Assembly: GCA_965279305.1 (NCBI GenBank)
Contig: OZ257143.1
Coordinates: 30,001-62,000 of the forward strand
Direction: 5' to 3'
DNA from: Gammaproteobacteria bacterium
GTDB taxonomy: Bacteria; Pseudomonadota; Gammaproteobacteria; JBIOEC01
Length of the DNA: 32,000 nt
Part shown: positions 1 to 8,985 of the stretch, one piece after another
How positions within the stretch are numbered: the stretch's first letter is position 1
Layout of the letters: each line of letters opens with the position of its first letter
Program-made: the position numbers and the translations under genes
The notes under the pieces: generated by a model
Told to the model about the DNA's origin: nothing
The model's database searches: none
The model's input: only the letters and a program-made list of their open reading frames with translations

Positions 1-239
1 TTTAATCTCGCATATCGTTCTGACAAATTGAGTGAGGGTTCCTCTCGCATCTGTGCTATTTTATCCTGAATATAAACGGTGGGCATGATTGAACTTTCGC
101 AAATACGTTGTCCAGAAACATCAAAAATTTCTTGTCTCTGTCGAGTTCGATGAGATACACCGAGGCAGCGCGCTTCTATTATATTAATAGCAGAGTTCTC
201 AGCACAAACTGCGTTCTCACTTTTATAAGACGCCTCCAT
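1..239 (-). CDS. hypothetical protein, N-terminal fragment (gene runs off the left edge)
   Basis: Own minus-strand reading. The ATG at 239..237 shares its A with the TGA stop (241..239) of the upstream ligase-like gene (TGATG junction). The frame MEASYKSENAVCAENSAINIIEARCLGVSHRTRQRQEIF... then stays open to position 1. It is absent from the ORF track because no stop lies in the window. No family recognised. Confidence 0.35.
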   Translation of the reverse strand, partial: MEASYKSENAVCAENSAINIIEARCLGVSHRTRQRQEIFDVSGQRICESSIMPTVYIQDKIAQMREEPSLNLSERYARL

Positions 240-1297
240 CAATACACTCCTTCAATCACAACCTGACCTGATATTTCCATAACAGGTCTTACTTCACAAA
301 CAGCAGCGCCAGGATAATCCCCTAATGGTGGAAGTCGCGTGGCAGTATCACGCTCTAGAATATTGGGAAATAAAGCAAATTTACTTAAGTAGTTCATCAC
401 TACTTGTCCTCGTTCATGATAGGGAACGGGTGTTTTCGTTTTCGGATCCACCACTTCAAGCAACACATAAGGGGCATAACTATCGAAAATAGGCGAACCG
501 TTATTATCTTGATCCATTCTTGCTTTAGTATCAGATAAGATCATAGTACTTCCATAACTGGCCGTAATAGCCACATTAGGGAACACAGAAGATTTTAAAT
601 AATCGAGAGTATCTACGTCCATTTGAGTTCCTCCCCATGTAATCATCTCCAGCGTCTGATTAAGATATTCAGCTAAAGGACGACGACGGGCGATGGCTTC
701 TAATAAGGGAGGTGTTGCAATAAGATAAGCAAGTGATTGAGTCGCAATAATAGGTTCTGCTTGATCGATCAAATGATCTAAATAAGCTTTGGCACCCTTG
801 GTATCACCAGCATGAATCAGTTTTTTTACCCAGCGTGGATCCAAATCAACGGTAAAGCATTGTCCTCCACGTGCTTTTGCACGACGAAGATTAATGGCTC
901 CCACTAAATGCGGTCCTCCTGGAATAATCGCCAAGGTATTTTTTGGATGATTTCCAGTAAATTTATTAATTCCTTCCAAACGCCAATCCACTAATTTCGT
1001 CAGCCACTCTTCATAAACCACTACCCGCTTTGCCTTTCCTGTTGTTCCACCACTTTCAAATATACCTGCTAGATCAGATTTGTTGAGTCCTTTAGGTTGT
1101 AGATCTTCAACTGCAATCTCACGAAGAAGAAGGCTAACATCAGGAAACAAAGAAAGATCAGCAAAAGAACGTATATCTTTAATAGGATCGAAGCTGAGTT
1201 GATTGCGCATTTCTAACCAAAATGGAGAACCTGTCTCTGGCGAAAAATGCCAATTCATAACTTCGTTTAAATGTTGCTGAAAATTAATCGTAGCCAT
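239..1297 (-). CDS. adenylate-forming enzyme, PaaK / coenzyme F390 synthetase-like (ANL superfamily)
   Basis: Track ORF 239..1612, trimmed to the ATG at 1297 (MATINFQQHL...). That ATG is preceded by a GAGG Shine-Dalgarno, and the longer version would overlap the upstream PNPOx-like gene. The motif ESGGTTGKAKRV matches the phosphate-binding loop of PaaK-type ligases. No C-terminal subdomain is obvious. Confidence 0.6.
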   Translation of the reverse strand: MATINFQQHLNEVMNWHFSPETGSPFWLEMRNQLSFDPIKDIRSFADLSLFPDVSLLLREIAVEDLQPKGLNKSDLAGIFESGGTTGKAKRVVVYEEWLTKLVDWRLEGINKFTGNHPKNTLAIIPGGPHLVGAINLRRAKARGGQCFTVDLDPRWVKKLIHAGDTKGAKAYLDHLIDQAEPIIATQSLAYLIATPPLLEAIARRRPLAEYLNQTLEMITWGGTQMDVDTLDYLKSSVFPNVAITASYGSTMILSDTKARMDQDNNGSPIFDSYAPYVLLEVVDPKTKTPVPYHERGQVVMNYLSKFALFPNILERDTATRLPPLGDYPGAAVCEVRPVMEISGQVVIEGVY

Positions 1298-1325
1298 GAA
1301 TACCTCGGAGCAAAAAATAAATTGA

Positions 1326-1958
1326 TTAGGGCTGAAGTTTAGTGCTCTTCCATCCTGTTGCTGTATATTCAAAACGCAAACGTTTATGTAAGCGGTTAGA
1401 ACTTGATGACCAAAATTCCATTGCTTGAGGTTCAAGAACATAGATTGCAAATCTGTCTGGACAAGGCAATGCGCCCATAGGTTCAAGCTGTCGTGCATCC
1501 ACAAGAAGTTGTTCGTAAGAGTGTAAAGGTTCACTTTGATGAGAAACGGTAGACATAGAATGTAATGGTATGGGTCGCTTGTTCCATTCATATATAGCGC
1601 GTTCGCGATCAAGTGGCTTTATTTTTCCACTGACTGAAAGTTGACGGCCAAGCTCTTTCCAATAAAAATGTCCGCATGCAAAAGGAACTTCTTCTGCGTC
1701 TTTTATTTTGCGACTACTGGTATGTGTAGCAAAAATAATTCCGCTATTAGCAAATTCTAAAATAGCCATAACACGAGATGACATTACTCTAGAAATATTG
1801 GTGGTCATCAGCACCATTGCTTTAGGTTCACGGACTTTCTCATCAATGGCTTCTTGAAGCCATTTTTGTCCTAATTCAATGGGATTATTGAAAGAAGTAT
1901 CATACTCAGGAAAATTAAGATCCACTTTACCGGTGGTACTTTCAAAAACACTACTCAT
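1326..1958 (-). CDS. pyridoxamine 5'-phosphate oxidase family FMN-binding protein (PdxH/PhzG-like)
   Basis: 210 aa. The C-terminal half, HFYWKELGRQLSVSGKI...RPIPLHS...QSEPL...PCPDRFAIYVLEPQAMEFWSSSSNRLHKRLRFEY, follows the PNPOx signature (FYW..L.RQ..., RP..S, P.P..W.gy...P...EFW......RLH.R). Confidence 0.75.
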   Translation of the reverse strand: MSSVFESTTGKVDLNFPEYDTSFNNPIELGQKWLQEAIDEKVREPKAMVLMTTNISRVMSSRVMAILEFANSGIIFATHTSSRKIKDAEEVPFACGHFYWKELGRQLSVSGKIKPLDRERAIYEWNKRPIPLHSMSTVSHQSEPLHSYEQLLVDARQLEPMGALPCPDRFAIYVLEPQAMEFWSSSSNRLHKRLRFEYTATGWKSTKLQP

Positions 1959-1987
1959 AATCCTGCCCTACTTTTGCGTGATTATTA

Positions 1988-3178
1988 TTAGAACATTCTG
2001 GTTAGATCTTTTGGATCACGTCCCATCATGGCCATACCTACAGCTTCTTCTGGAACCAATTTGGAAAATCCTCCATGACGAGCTCCCACATTTACATCTC
2101 TCCATATTCTCTCAAGAGGAGTGCCTCTATCCAATCCTGAAGATCCATAAATCCAAAGTAAATCTTGCACGATATCGACACATCCACGCATAATTTGTGT
2201 CGCTCTTGCGCGACTATCAACTCTGTCTTGGGTGCTTAAAATAATATCCGGATTACGCGCAGCATTATCAATTACATCAGCATTATATTCCGCCGCTCTT
2301 TTATATAAATCCAATGCGCTGCGAATTCGTCCTATCTCTGCTCTAATAGCACCAGAATGGCTCATTGCCATATAAGTACTACCTGCAACAGGACGCTTAT
2401 CTACCACTGATACCACATAATCTAATCCTGCTTCTGCCGCTCCCAACATCGATCCCAATAAACAATTCATGAGCACACCCGTGAAAAGCCCAGAATACAA
2501 TGCTCGATTTTCATTGCCACCGTTTTTATTCAATACATTTTTTTCTCCAGACAAAATGCGAGAGTAATCCTCAATATTGCTATCGGGTATTTCGACATTC
2601 TGAGCAAGCACAGCAACACTTTGTGAGCCACGAAGTCCTGTTGCTTGCCAACGCTCGCTAATACTAAGCAGCTCTGCAGGAACAGCAACTACTCGAATAT
2701 CAGGAGGATCAGCACCTTCAACGGTGGCTAGACAAAAGAAAAAACTAGAATAAGACCAACCCGATGCATATTTCCATTCACCGTTTAACAGATAATGACC
2801 CGATGTTGTATGTTTTTTCAAAGACGCCGGGCGCCCCAACACCATGGCAAGAATTTTATTACGCTCCATCGCAGAAACGGAAGCACCTAGCGAATGAAAA
2901 CTACTGCGCATTGACCAAGCAGAATTAGAAACGCCTACTACCCATGAAAGAGAAGCATCTATTTTTCCTAAACTTAAACACACTCGAAGCACATCACGAA
3001 GCGTGCCTGAACCGGTAATTTTGTTTGCATCAAGAATTTTTACCAAATCCGATGATTTCAGAACATTAAGAAGCTTGCTAGATAATTCTTCTCTGTCGGC
3101 TTCAGAATATACCGCGATAATTTTTTCAATATCAGCATTCATATCCGACTGTTGAGAATCAATCAAGTTAGTACTCAT
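1988..3178 (-). CDS. acyl-CoA dehydrogenase-fold flavoprotein (dehydrogenase or group-D flavin monooxygenase)
   Basis: 396 aa. It shows the three-part ACAD layout, a GEWKYASGW motif typical of the ACAD middle beta-domain, and a C-terminal helical domain (IWRDVNVGARHG). GGAG lies 9 nt upstream of the ATG. The start overlaps the SDR stop by 11 nt. Confidence 0.7.
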   Translation of the reverse strand: MSTNLIDSQQSDMNADIEKIIAVYSEADREELSSKLLNVLKSSDLVKILDANKITGSGTLRDVLRVCLSLGKIDASLSWVVGVSNSAWSMRSSFHSLGASVSAMERNKILAMVLGRPASLKKHTTSGHYLLNGEWKYASGWSYSSFFFCLATVEGADPPDIRVVAVPAELLSISERWQATGLRGSQSVAVLAQNVEIPDSNIEDYSRILSGEKNVLNKNGGNENRALYSGLFTGVLMNCLLGSMLGAAEAGLDYVVSVVDKRPVAGSTYMAMSHSGAIRAEIGRIRSALDLYKRAAEYNADVIDNAARNPDIILSTQDRVDSRARATQIMRGCVDIVQDLLWIYGSSGLDRGTPLERIWRDVNVGARHGGFSKLVPEEAVGMAMMGRDPKDLTRMF

Positions 3179-3962
3179 GAGCAGCTCTCCAATCTTTAAT
3201 TTTTTCTTCCGCCTCTTTTACCGCGAAATCAACGAAATCGCGCGATGTAGCAATTCTTCTAGGCATAACAGGTGCATCAAACATTTTCCAAAAAAATGGA
3301 AGACTAGCAGAGGGATCTTGAATGGTATAACCGCAAGAAGCTCTGGCAGCCAGATCGGATGCATTATAATGAGAACTGATTTCCATGCGACGTGCATACT
3401 TTGTTGCCCATCCCGTTTTGTGCGGGCCAGGTTCTATGCAACCCACTTGAATACCAGAGCCTTTGAGTTCATGGCGAAGCGTATCCGATATTGCTTCTAC
3501 TGCATATTTACTCATTTGATAAGCACCTAGCAAAGGCCAGCATGCTACACCACTCATGCTAGACGCTAAAAGGATCCGTGACTCTCCACTTTCGCGCAAA
3601 ATCGGTAAAAGCGGGCGGATCACATTCAGTGTTCCCTCAACATTGGTTTTAAACTGAGATTTGATCTGATCGTTCGATAAATCTTCTAGGGTTCCAAATT
3701 GTGCATAGCCAGCAGCAGTCACAATTCGATTAGGTTTTCCAACAGCGTGCACTGTTTTAAGTAATGTGCTTGCTAATGATTCTTCGTCTTCAACATCCGC
3801 AATACAGGGAATAAAAAAATCTTGATATGTTTTCGCCATTTCTTCTGCTACTTCATGTGAGCGTGTGATTCCGATCACACGTTCTTGGCGTTCTGTGATT
3901 ATTGAATGTGTCCAACACCGACCCAAACCGCTTGAGCAACCGCTAATTACCCACGTATTCAT
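3168..3962 (-). CDS. short-chain dehydrogenase/reductase (SDR)
   Basis: Track ORF 3168..4019, trimmed to the ATG at 3962 (MNTWVISGCSSGLG...), which has a GGAGAGG SD. The longer form would overlap the methyltransferase gene. It has the glycine-rich NAD(P) motif ISGCSSGLG, a catalytic YxxxK (YQMSKYAVE) and a SSMSG serine. Confidence 0.85.
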   Translation of the reverse strand: MNTWVISGCSSGLGRCWTHSIITERQERVIGITRSHEVAEEMAKTYQDFFIPCIADVEDEESLASTLLKTVHAVGKPNRIVTAAGYAQFGTLEDLSNDQIKSQFKTNVEGTLNVIRPLLPILRESGESRILLASSMSGVACWPLLGAYQMSKYAVEAISDTLRHELKGSGIQVGCIEPGPHKTGWATKYARRMEISSHYNASDLAARASCGYTIQDPSASLPFFWKMFDAPVMPRRIATSRDFVDFAVKEAEEKIKDWRAAHEY

Positions 3963-3988
3963 CACTTCATCCTCTCCATTTTTTATTA

Positions 3989-4666
3989 TTATGCCGTGAT
4001 CTGAAGAGATAAATGCCATGCAGGCAAATTGGTTCTTCCATTATCATCGATCTCAATCGTTAATCCTTTCTTCTTCATAAAATCTTCAATGGCGGCCGCA
4101 TTACCCTTATATATAATTCTTTCCGCCAATTTAATTTTCCAACCACTCGCTTCAACAATGCTGGCAATTTCTGACAATTCACTCGCGAGTGGTTTGGGCA
4201 TTCCGTATAAAGAAGGAGCGAAAGTAATAAGATGAAAAGTGGTATATTCTGAGGCTAAGCGATGCATTTCTGTTAAATATGCCACCCGCTGTTGAGCAGG
4301 TATTGCATGGTATGTAGCAGAATCCAAAATAATATTAAATCCTGGACTCAGATCGGTTTTGCACGCATCGTGTACTTGAAACGAAATTCCAGAATCGGAA
4401 TAAAATTCACGACATTTTTCAATCGCAGCGGCAGAAATATCAATGGCCACCACTTCATAACCACGATCAGCAGCGGCTTTAGCATTACGACCTAAACCGC
4501 ATCCAACATCTAAAAGACGGCCAGCAGGAGGAATACTATTAAGAATTTGACAAACAATAGGTTGTGGTGCACCAATTTCCCATGGAACGCTAGTAATCTC
4601 TGCGCTATCCATTAGAGATTTACCTTCATACAAACCTTTAAAGTCAGCGCGATCATATTCGTTCAT
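3989..4666 (-). CDS. class I SAM-dependent methyltransferase
   Basis: 225 aa. Motif I is LLDVGCGLGRNA, followed by the acidic post-I residue (VVAIDIS). A strong SD, GGAGGAGAAAAGGA, precedes the ATG. Confidence 0.85.
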   Translation of the reverse strand: MNEYDRADFKGLYEGKSLMDSAEITSVPWEIGAPQPIVCQILNSIPPAGRLLDVGCGLGRNAKAAADRGYEVVAIDISAAAIEKCREFYSDSGISFQVHDACKTDLSPGFNIILDSATYHAIPAQQRVAYLTEMHRLASEYTTFHLITFAPSLYGMPKPLASELSEIASIVEASGWKIKLAERIIYKGNAAAIEDFMKKKGLTIEIDDNGRTNLPAWHLSLQITA

Positions 4667-4713
4667 TCCTTTTCTCCTCCTATCGCGTTATTAAAAAATA
4701 ATGGATGTACTCC

Positions 4714-5085
4714 TCAATCCGCAGGACATACTCGAATAATATGACCATCCGGATCGGCTACCAGAAAAGTGCGACCAAAAACTTCATCATAAGGTTCTCG
4801 TATAATCTTGATATCCGAATTTTTTTTCCATTCTTCAAAAAGACGATCAACCTCTTCGCTAGAAGGCAGCATAATACCGATTTCGGAAAAACGCGGAACC
4901 GTAACATCAGGTTTTGTTCCTCCTGTCCAAATGGCAAACACTGCTTCTCCACCCGCCGCAAACGCAACATAACGAGGGCTTGAAAATAGCGGCTCTGAAT
5001 TGAAAAGTGTTTTGTAAAAATCCGTCGAACGACCAATATCAGACACGTAAACGAGTTGAAGATTGGGTTTTATAGGTACTGTCAT
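4714..5085 (-). CDS. VOC family protein (glyoxalase / bleomycin-resistance fold)
   Basis: 123 aa. It has the typical size and beta-alpha-beta-beta-beta pattern (LVYVSDIGRSTDFYKTLF ... FLVADPDGHIIRV). A GAGGAG SD is present. Confidence 0.75.
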   Translation of the reverse strand: MTVPIKPNLQLVYVSDIGRSTDFYKTLFNSEPLFSSPRYVAFAAGGEAVFAIWTGGTKPDVTVPRFSEIGIMLPSSEEVDRLFEEWKKNSDIKIIREPYDEVFGRTFLVADPDGHIIRVCPAD

Positions 5086-5121
5086 GACTCTATTCTCCTC
5101 AGTGAACAGTAAAAATTTTAA

Positions 5122-6558
5122 TCATGTCGGAGCAGCACTTCTTGTGCCTGGCGAATTTAGCGCTCTTTTCGGAGTTGTAACAGGTTCCGTCTTAACAGCA
5201 ACAAGAACACCGTTAGGATCAGAGTTCTGTTGAACTGCTTGCAGCTTACCTAATGCATCGGTTGTCCATGATGAGCCAAGGCTTTCATCAGCACGCCATG
5301 CTCCTATAAAATTAGCATTGTGAGCATTTGAAACCCAAGGACCCAACGCCGTAACCATACGCTCTGCCACTTGTGGACATGCTGTATCAAAGAGTCCAGG
5401 GTTTCTGCTCACCACACTCAGAGAAAATGAAGCCTGCCTACCTGCTACAGCAGAGCCCTCTGGAACATCACGAGATGCTGCACCACCCAGATGACGCATT
5501 TCTATTGCTCTAAAAGGATCATGTGCCCCGTCCTTCATTAATTTAAGGAACTGGGAGGCAAAACGTTGATCTAGGGGATTTAATAATACACCGCCTGACC
5601 AAAACGGAGCAGCAAAAGGAGGATCATTGGTAACTTTTCCAATATCAGCCGCTGCAAGCTCTCCTAGTGTATCTAAATGAATAGGAGCAATTGCACGAAA
5701 CGGCTCAGCTAATGTAGCTCCTTCGCTGGCAGAACCAGGAAAAGCAAATCTCAAGGAGACTAAGTTCCGCCCACGAAATACCTCTGGAACTTGAGGGAAA
5801 TCAGGAAATCGAATACTGCATAAACTGGAAGTGACTCGAGGATCAGGATTATTGATGGTCCACCTTACCCAATCTTGTAACACTTTATCCATATACTGTG
5901 CATCAAAAAATAAAGCACCACCATAAAAAGTTTTCATGGGCACTAAGCGCATAGTCACTTCAGTTACAATGCCAAGCCCCATTTTTCCACTGCCACCGCG
6001 TAAAGCCCAAAACAAATCCGGATTAGTGCGCGCATCAGCCACCACTTCTTCTCCTGCACCGGTTACCACTTTGAAACCTATTACATAATCAGAGCTCACT
6101 CCGTGACTACGAACCAGCGGCCCAATACCACCGCCCAAAAGATAGCCCGCTACTCCCACCGTTGGCGAAGAACCTGCAATAGGAGTGAGATCATATTTAG
6201 CTGCCTCATCCAACACCGTTCTCCATTGAAGACCGCTACCCATAGTGACAACAGCTTTATCGGGATCCACATTCAAATGTTTGAGTCGTTGCGTAGAAAT
6301 CAGTACTCCGGAAGTAACAGGCTGGAAAGTGCCATGACCGGTAGCATGTACATGAACTTTAACACCGTGTTCATTCGCTAATCGTACAGTGGCAGCGATA
6401 TCGTCGCTAGATTCAGCCGCAACAACCACTTGAGGTGCATGGTTAATAGCAGCATTAAATGTGGCGACTTCTTCAGCAAATTTCGCGTCACCCGGTAATA
6501 AAACAGCGCCTCTTACGGCAGTTCTGAGTGCTGATACAAAAGGTCTTAAACTTGGCAT
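5122..6558 (-). CDS. FAD-linked oxidase (PCMH-type FAD-binding domain, BBE-like C-terminus)
   Basis: Track ORF 5122..6588 begins at a TTG. The ATG at 6558 (MPSLRPF...) has an AAGGAG SD 7 nt upstream, so I prefer it. The FAD-binding block is VVVAAESSDDIAATVRLANEHGVKVHVHATGHG...GVAGYLLGGGIGP. The C-terminus has a BBE-like DPNGVL. Confidence 0.85.
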   Translation of the reverse strand: MPSLRPFVSALRTAVRGAVLLPGDAKFAEEVATFNAAINHAPQVVVAAESSDDIAATVRLANEHGVKVHVHATGHGTFQPVTSGVLISTQRLKHLNVDPDKAVVTMGSGLQWRTVLDEAAKYDLTPIAGSSPTVGVAGYLLGGGIGPLVRSHGVSSDYVIGFKVVTGAGEEVVADARTNPDLFWALRGGSGKMGLGIVTEVTMRLVPMKTFYGGALFFDAQYMDKVLQDWVRWTINNPDPRVTSSLCSIRFPDFPQVPEVFRGRNLVSLRFAFPGSASEGATLAEPFRAIAPIHLDTLGELAAADIGKVTNDPPFAAPFWSGGVLLNPLDQRFASQFLKLMKDGAHDPFRAIEMRHLGGAASRDVPEGSAVAGRQASFSLSVVSRNPGLFDTACPQVAERMVTALGPWVSNAHNANFIGAWRADESLGSSWTTDALGKLQAVQQNSDPNGVLVAVKTEPVTTPKRALNSPGTRSAAPT

Positions 6559-6657
6559 GATGCTTCTCCTTAAGCTTGTTTTAGTCAATTATCCTTTATA
6601 AATATTCTCAATTTTAAAACAATTCGAATATATTTATAGAAAAGAATATTTCACTCG

Positions 6658-6686
6658 ATAGTAAATAAAAAAAAAGTGATCGTCAA
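6658..6686 (-). promoter_or_regulatory. putative sigma70-type promoter for the 6558..1 operon
   Basis: The minus strand reads TTGACG (6686..6681), a 17-nt spacer, then TACTAT (6663..6658). It lies about 100 nt upstream of the first ATG of the operon. Pattern match only. Confidence 0.35.
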
Positions 6687-6729
6687 CTTAAAGCGAAGGG
6701 TCAAAAAAACAGAATGGAATTATAATGGA

Positions 6730-6805
<76 letters not shown>

Positions 6806-6812
6806 AAAATTA

Positions 6813-6886
6813 TGGAGCGGGTGATGGGAATCGAACCCACACCATCAGCTTGGAAGGCTGAGGTTCTACCGTTGAACTACACCCGC
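6813..6886 (-). tRNA. tRNA-Gly (anticodon UCC)
   Basis: Reverse complement: GCGGGTGTAGTTCAACGGTAGAACCTCAGCCTTCCAAGCTGATGGTGTGGGTTCGATTCCCATCACCCGCTCCA. 74 nt, anticodon loop CTTCCAA, encoded CCA. Confidence 0.95.
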
Positions 6887-6913
6887 ACATCCGCTGTCTT
6901 ACTGAACGAATAA

Positions 6914-6998
6914 TGGTGGAGGGGAGAGGATTCGAACCTCTGAAGGCATAGCCGGCAGATTTACAGTCTGCTCCCTTTGACCGCTCGGGTACCCCTCC
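6914..6998 (-). tRNA. tRNA-Tyr (anticodon GUA), class II with long variable arm
   Basis: Reverse complement: GGAGGGGTACCCGAGCGGTCAAAGGGAGCAGACTGTAAATCTGCCGGCTATGCCTTCAGAGGTTCGAATCCTCTCCCCTCCACCA. 85 nt, anticodon loop CTGTAAA, encoded CCA. Confidence 0.95.
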
Positions 6999-7021
6999 GT
7001 GCGAACAATATAAGGAGAGCT

Positions 7022-7050
7022 ATTCTCCGCAATGCAAGCTTAGTTGTCAA
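7022..7050 (-). promoter_or_regulatory. putative promoter of the tRNA-Tyr/Gly/Thr cluster
   Basis: The minus strand reads TTGACA (7050..7045), a 17-nt spacer, then GAGAAT (7027..7022). It ends about 24 nt upstream of the mature tRNA-Tyr 5' end. The -10 matches the consensus at only 4 of 6 positions. Confidence 0.3.
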
Positions 7051-7066
7051 CTTAATATCGGGTTTA

Positions 7067-7414
7067 TTACCATTCTTTTAGGCGCCATTGGGGCATATCG
7101 CGGTAATGCACGCCATCTTCGGGGTTTGGCTCTTGAATAGTATTTTGATTATAGTAATAAGGAGGGCCTTCTTGAGGCTGCACTTCGACCATCGGTTGAC
7201 CATATTCATCATATTGACGGATATAACCACCATCACCTAAATCACTTTTTTTCTCGGGCGGTTTATTGTCAGGGCCTGCTGGTTGACGCGTGGGGTTATC
7301 TAAACCCATATCGTGGCTATCACCTAATACTTTTTCGTTTGCGGCTGTATACACAGCGCCTAAGCCTAATGTAGTAGCAACTATGGTGGCTGCAATCCAT
7401 TTGTTTTTTATCAT
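7067..7414 (-). CDS. small secreted Pro/Gln-rich hypothetical protein
   Basis: 115 aa. The N-terminus is signal-peptide-like (MIKNKWIAATIVATTLGLGAVYTAANE). An AAGGAGAAGGG SD is present. The mature part is low complexity (PPYYYNQN, QPQEGP). No family recognised. Confidence 0.6.
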   Translation of the reverse strand: MIKNKWIAATIVATTLGLGAVYTAANEKVLGDSHDMGLDNPTRQPAGPDNKPPEKKSDLGDGGYIRQYDEYGQPMVEVQPQEGPPYYYNQNTIQEPNPEDGVHYRDMPQWRLKEW

Positions 7415-7441
7415 GCCCTTCTCCTTTTATTAAACCCCTTA

Positions 7442-8008
7442 TTAAGTAACCGGCAACGTTACTCCGCGTTGTCCTTGATATTTACCACCTCTGTCTCGAT
7501 ACGATGTTGCACACACTTCATCTGATTCTAAAAATAACATTTGCGCCACACCTTCATTCGCATAAATTTTGGCAGGCAAAGAGGTAGTATTCGAAAACTC
7601 TAATGTAACATGCCCTTCCCACTCAGGCTCTAAAGGTGTGACATTAACAATAATACCGCAGCGCGCGTAAGTGGATTTGCCTAAACAAATCGTTAATATA
7701 TTTCGGGGAATACGAAAATATTCTACCGTTCGCGCCAACGCAAATGAATTTGGCGGAATAATACATACTTCAGAGTTAACATCTACAAAACTATTTTTAT
7801 CAAAATTTTTGGGATCCACAATCGCAGAATTAATATTCGTAAAAATTTTAAATTCAGGGGCGCATCGCACATCATATCCGTAACTCGATACGCCGTAAGA
7901 CACTATTTTTTCACCTCTTTCATTCACTCTCACTTGAGTAGGTGCAAAAGGCTCTATCATGCCTTGCGCTGCCATACGTTGGATCCATTTATCTGCTTTA
8001 ATACTCAC
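7442..8008 (-). CDS. dcd: dCTP deaminase
   Basis: 188 aa. Collinear with Dcd (DKWI..MA..GMIEPF....V......IVSYG.SSYGYD.R....FKIF, C-terminal [11 protein letters not shown]). GTG start with an AAGGAGAGGG SD. Confidence 0.95.
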   Translation of the reverse strand: MSIKADKWIQRMAAQGMIEPFAPTQVRVNERGEKIVSYGVSSYGYDVRCAPEFKIFTNINSAIVDPKNFDKNSFVDVNSEVCIIPPNSFALARTVEYFRIPRNILTICLGKSTYARCGIIVNVTPLEPEWEGHVTLEFSNTTSLPAKIYANEGVAQMLFLESDEVCATSYRDRGGKYQGQRGVTLPVT

Positions 8009-8020
8009 GATCCCTCTCCT

Positions 8021-8905
8021 TTATGCCATGCCTTCAACTTTAATAGTACCAAATAACGAACCATAATTTCTGGGTTGTAATGATAATTGTGTGGCTACTT
8101 TTTTTGCCAACTCAATATAATATTGTGCTAATTCACTATTCGGATCAGCAGCAACAATGGGTTTACCCGAATCTGCTTGTTCTCTAATTAACGGATGCAA
8201 AGGCAATTGCGCTAATAACGGAATATCATATTGCTCCGCCATATTCACACCACCACCTGCACCAAAAATAGTATCGTGATGTCCACAATGACTGCACTGA
8301 TGAAACGACATATTTTCAACCACACCTAAAGTGGTAATGCCTACTTTCTTCAACATACTATATGCTTTGCGTGCATCAATCACAGATAAATCTTGCGGCG
8401 TAGTCACAATAATAGCACCACTTACCGGAATTTTTTGCGCCATGGTTAATTGAATATCGCCCGTTCCTGGCGGCAAATCTACAATTAAATAATCTAATTC
8501 TGGCCACACCGTATCATTCAGTAATTGTTGTAGAGCGGTGCTAACCATGGGCCCACGCCAAATCATGGCTTGTTCTTCATCTACAAAATAACCAATCGAC
8601 ATAGAATATAACCCATGACTCATCACAGGCAATACTTTTTTCTCAACAGAAGCGGGTTCAGGCTGTTGCTTATTAGTACCCAGCATCCAAGGCTGGCTAG
8701 GGCCGTAAATATCAGCATCTAATATCCCAACAGTAGCCCCTAACTCTTTCAAAGCTAAGGCTAGATTAACAGCCACCGTGGACTTACCTACCCCGCCCTT
8801 ACCGGAAGCCACTGCAATAATATTCTTAATAGTAGGATGAGCCTGTTGCCCCTGCTGAACTTGATGAGGTACTACTTTGGGCAAGGCTTGCAGAGTATCT
8901 TTCAT
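8021..8905 (-). CDS. apbC: Mrp/ApbC/NBP35-family iron-sulfur cluster carrier ATPase
   Basis: 294 aa. It has the deviant Walker A VASGKGGVGKST, DADIYGPS, VVENMS and a CSHCG cysteine pair. The N-terminal DUF59-type domain seen in longer homologues is absent. Confidence 0.9.
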   Translation of the reverse strand: MKDTLQALPKVVPHQVQQGQQAHPTIKNIIAVASGKGGVGKSTVAVNLALALKELGATVGILDADIYGPSQPWMLGTNKQQPEPASVEKKVLPVMSHGLYSMSIGYFVDEEQAMIWRGPMVSTALQQLLNDTVWPELDYLIVDLPPGTGDIQLTMAQKIPVSGAIIVTTPQDLSVIDARKAYSMLKKVGITTLGVVENMSFHQCSHCGHHDTIFGAGGGVNMAEQYDIPLLAQLPLHPLIREQADSGKPIVAADPNSELAQYYIELAKKVATQLSLQPRNYGSLFGTIKVEGMA

Positions 8906-8985
8906 TAATAAAAACCTGATGAATGGGATGCACTATTCTAACATGATCAGAGGACATGCACAGCAAGCCACGCTCATACTTAAAT

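Noticed and set aside
1298-1612. N-terminal 105-aa extension of track ORF 239..1612
   Set aside because: It would overlap the PNPOx-like gene by ~290 nt in another frame, and the extension is hydrophobic nonsense. The ATG at 1297 has a GAGG SD and gives a sensible N-terminus.
3963-4019. 19-aa extension of the SDR ORF into the methyltransferase gene
   Set aside because: The ATG at 3962 has a GGAGAGG SD and places the Rossmann glycine motif at the normal distance from the N-terminus.
1879-4495. Plus-strand ORFs 1879..2193, 3177..3530, 4029..4235 and 4292..4495
   Set aside because: All are antisense to well-supported operon genes, and their translations are low complexity.
4705-5036. ORFs 4705..4983 (+) and 4758..5036 (-) overlapping the VOC gene
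   Set aside because: The VOC-fold frame (4714..5085) has the SD and the recognisable fold signature. The others are shadow frames.
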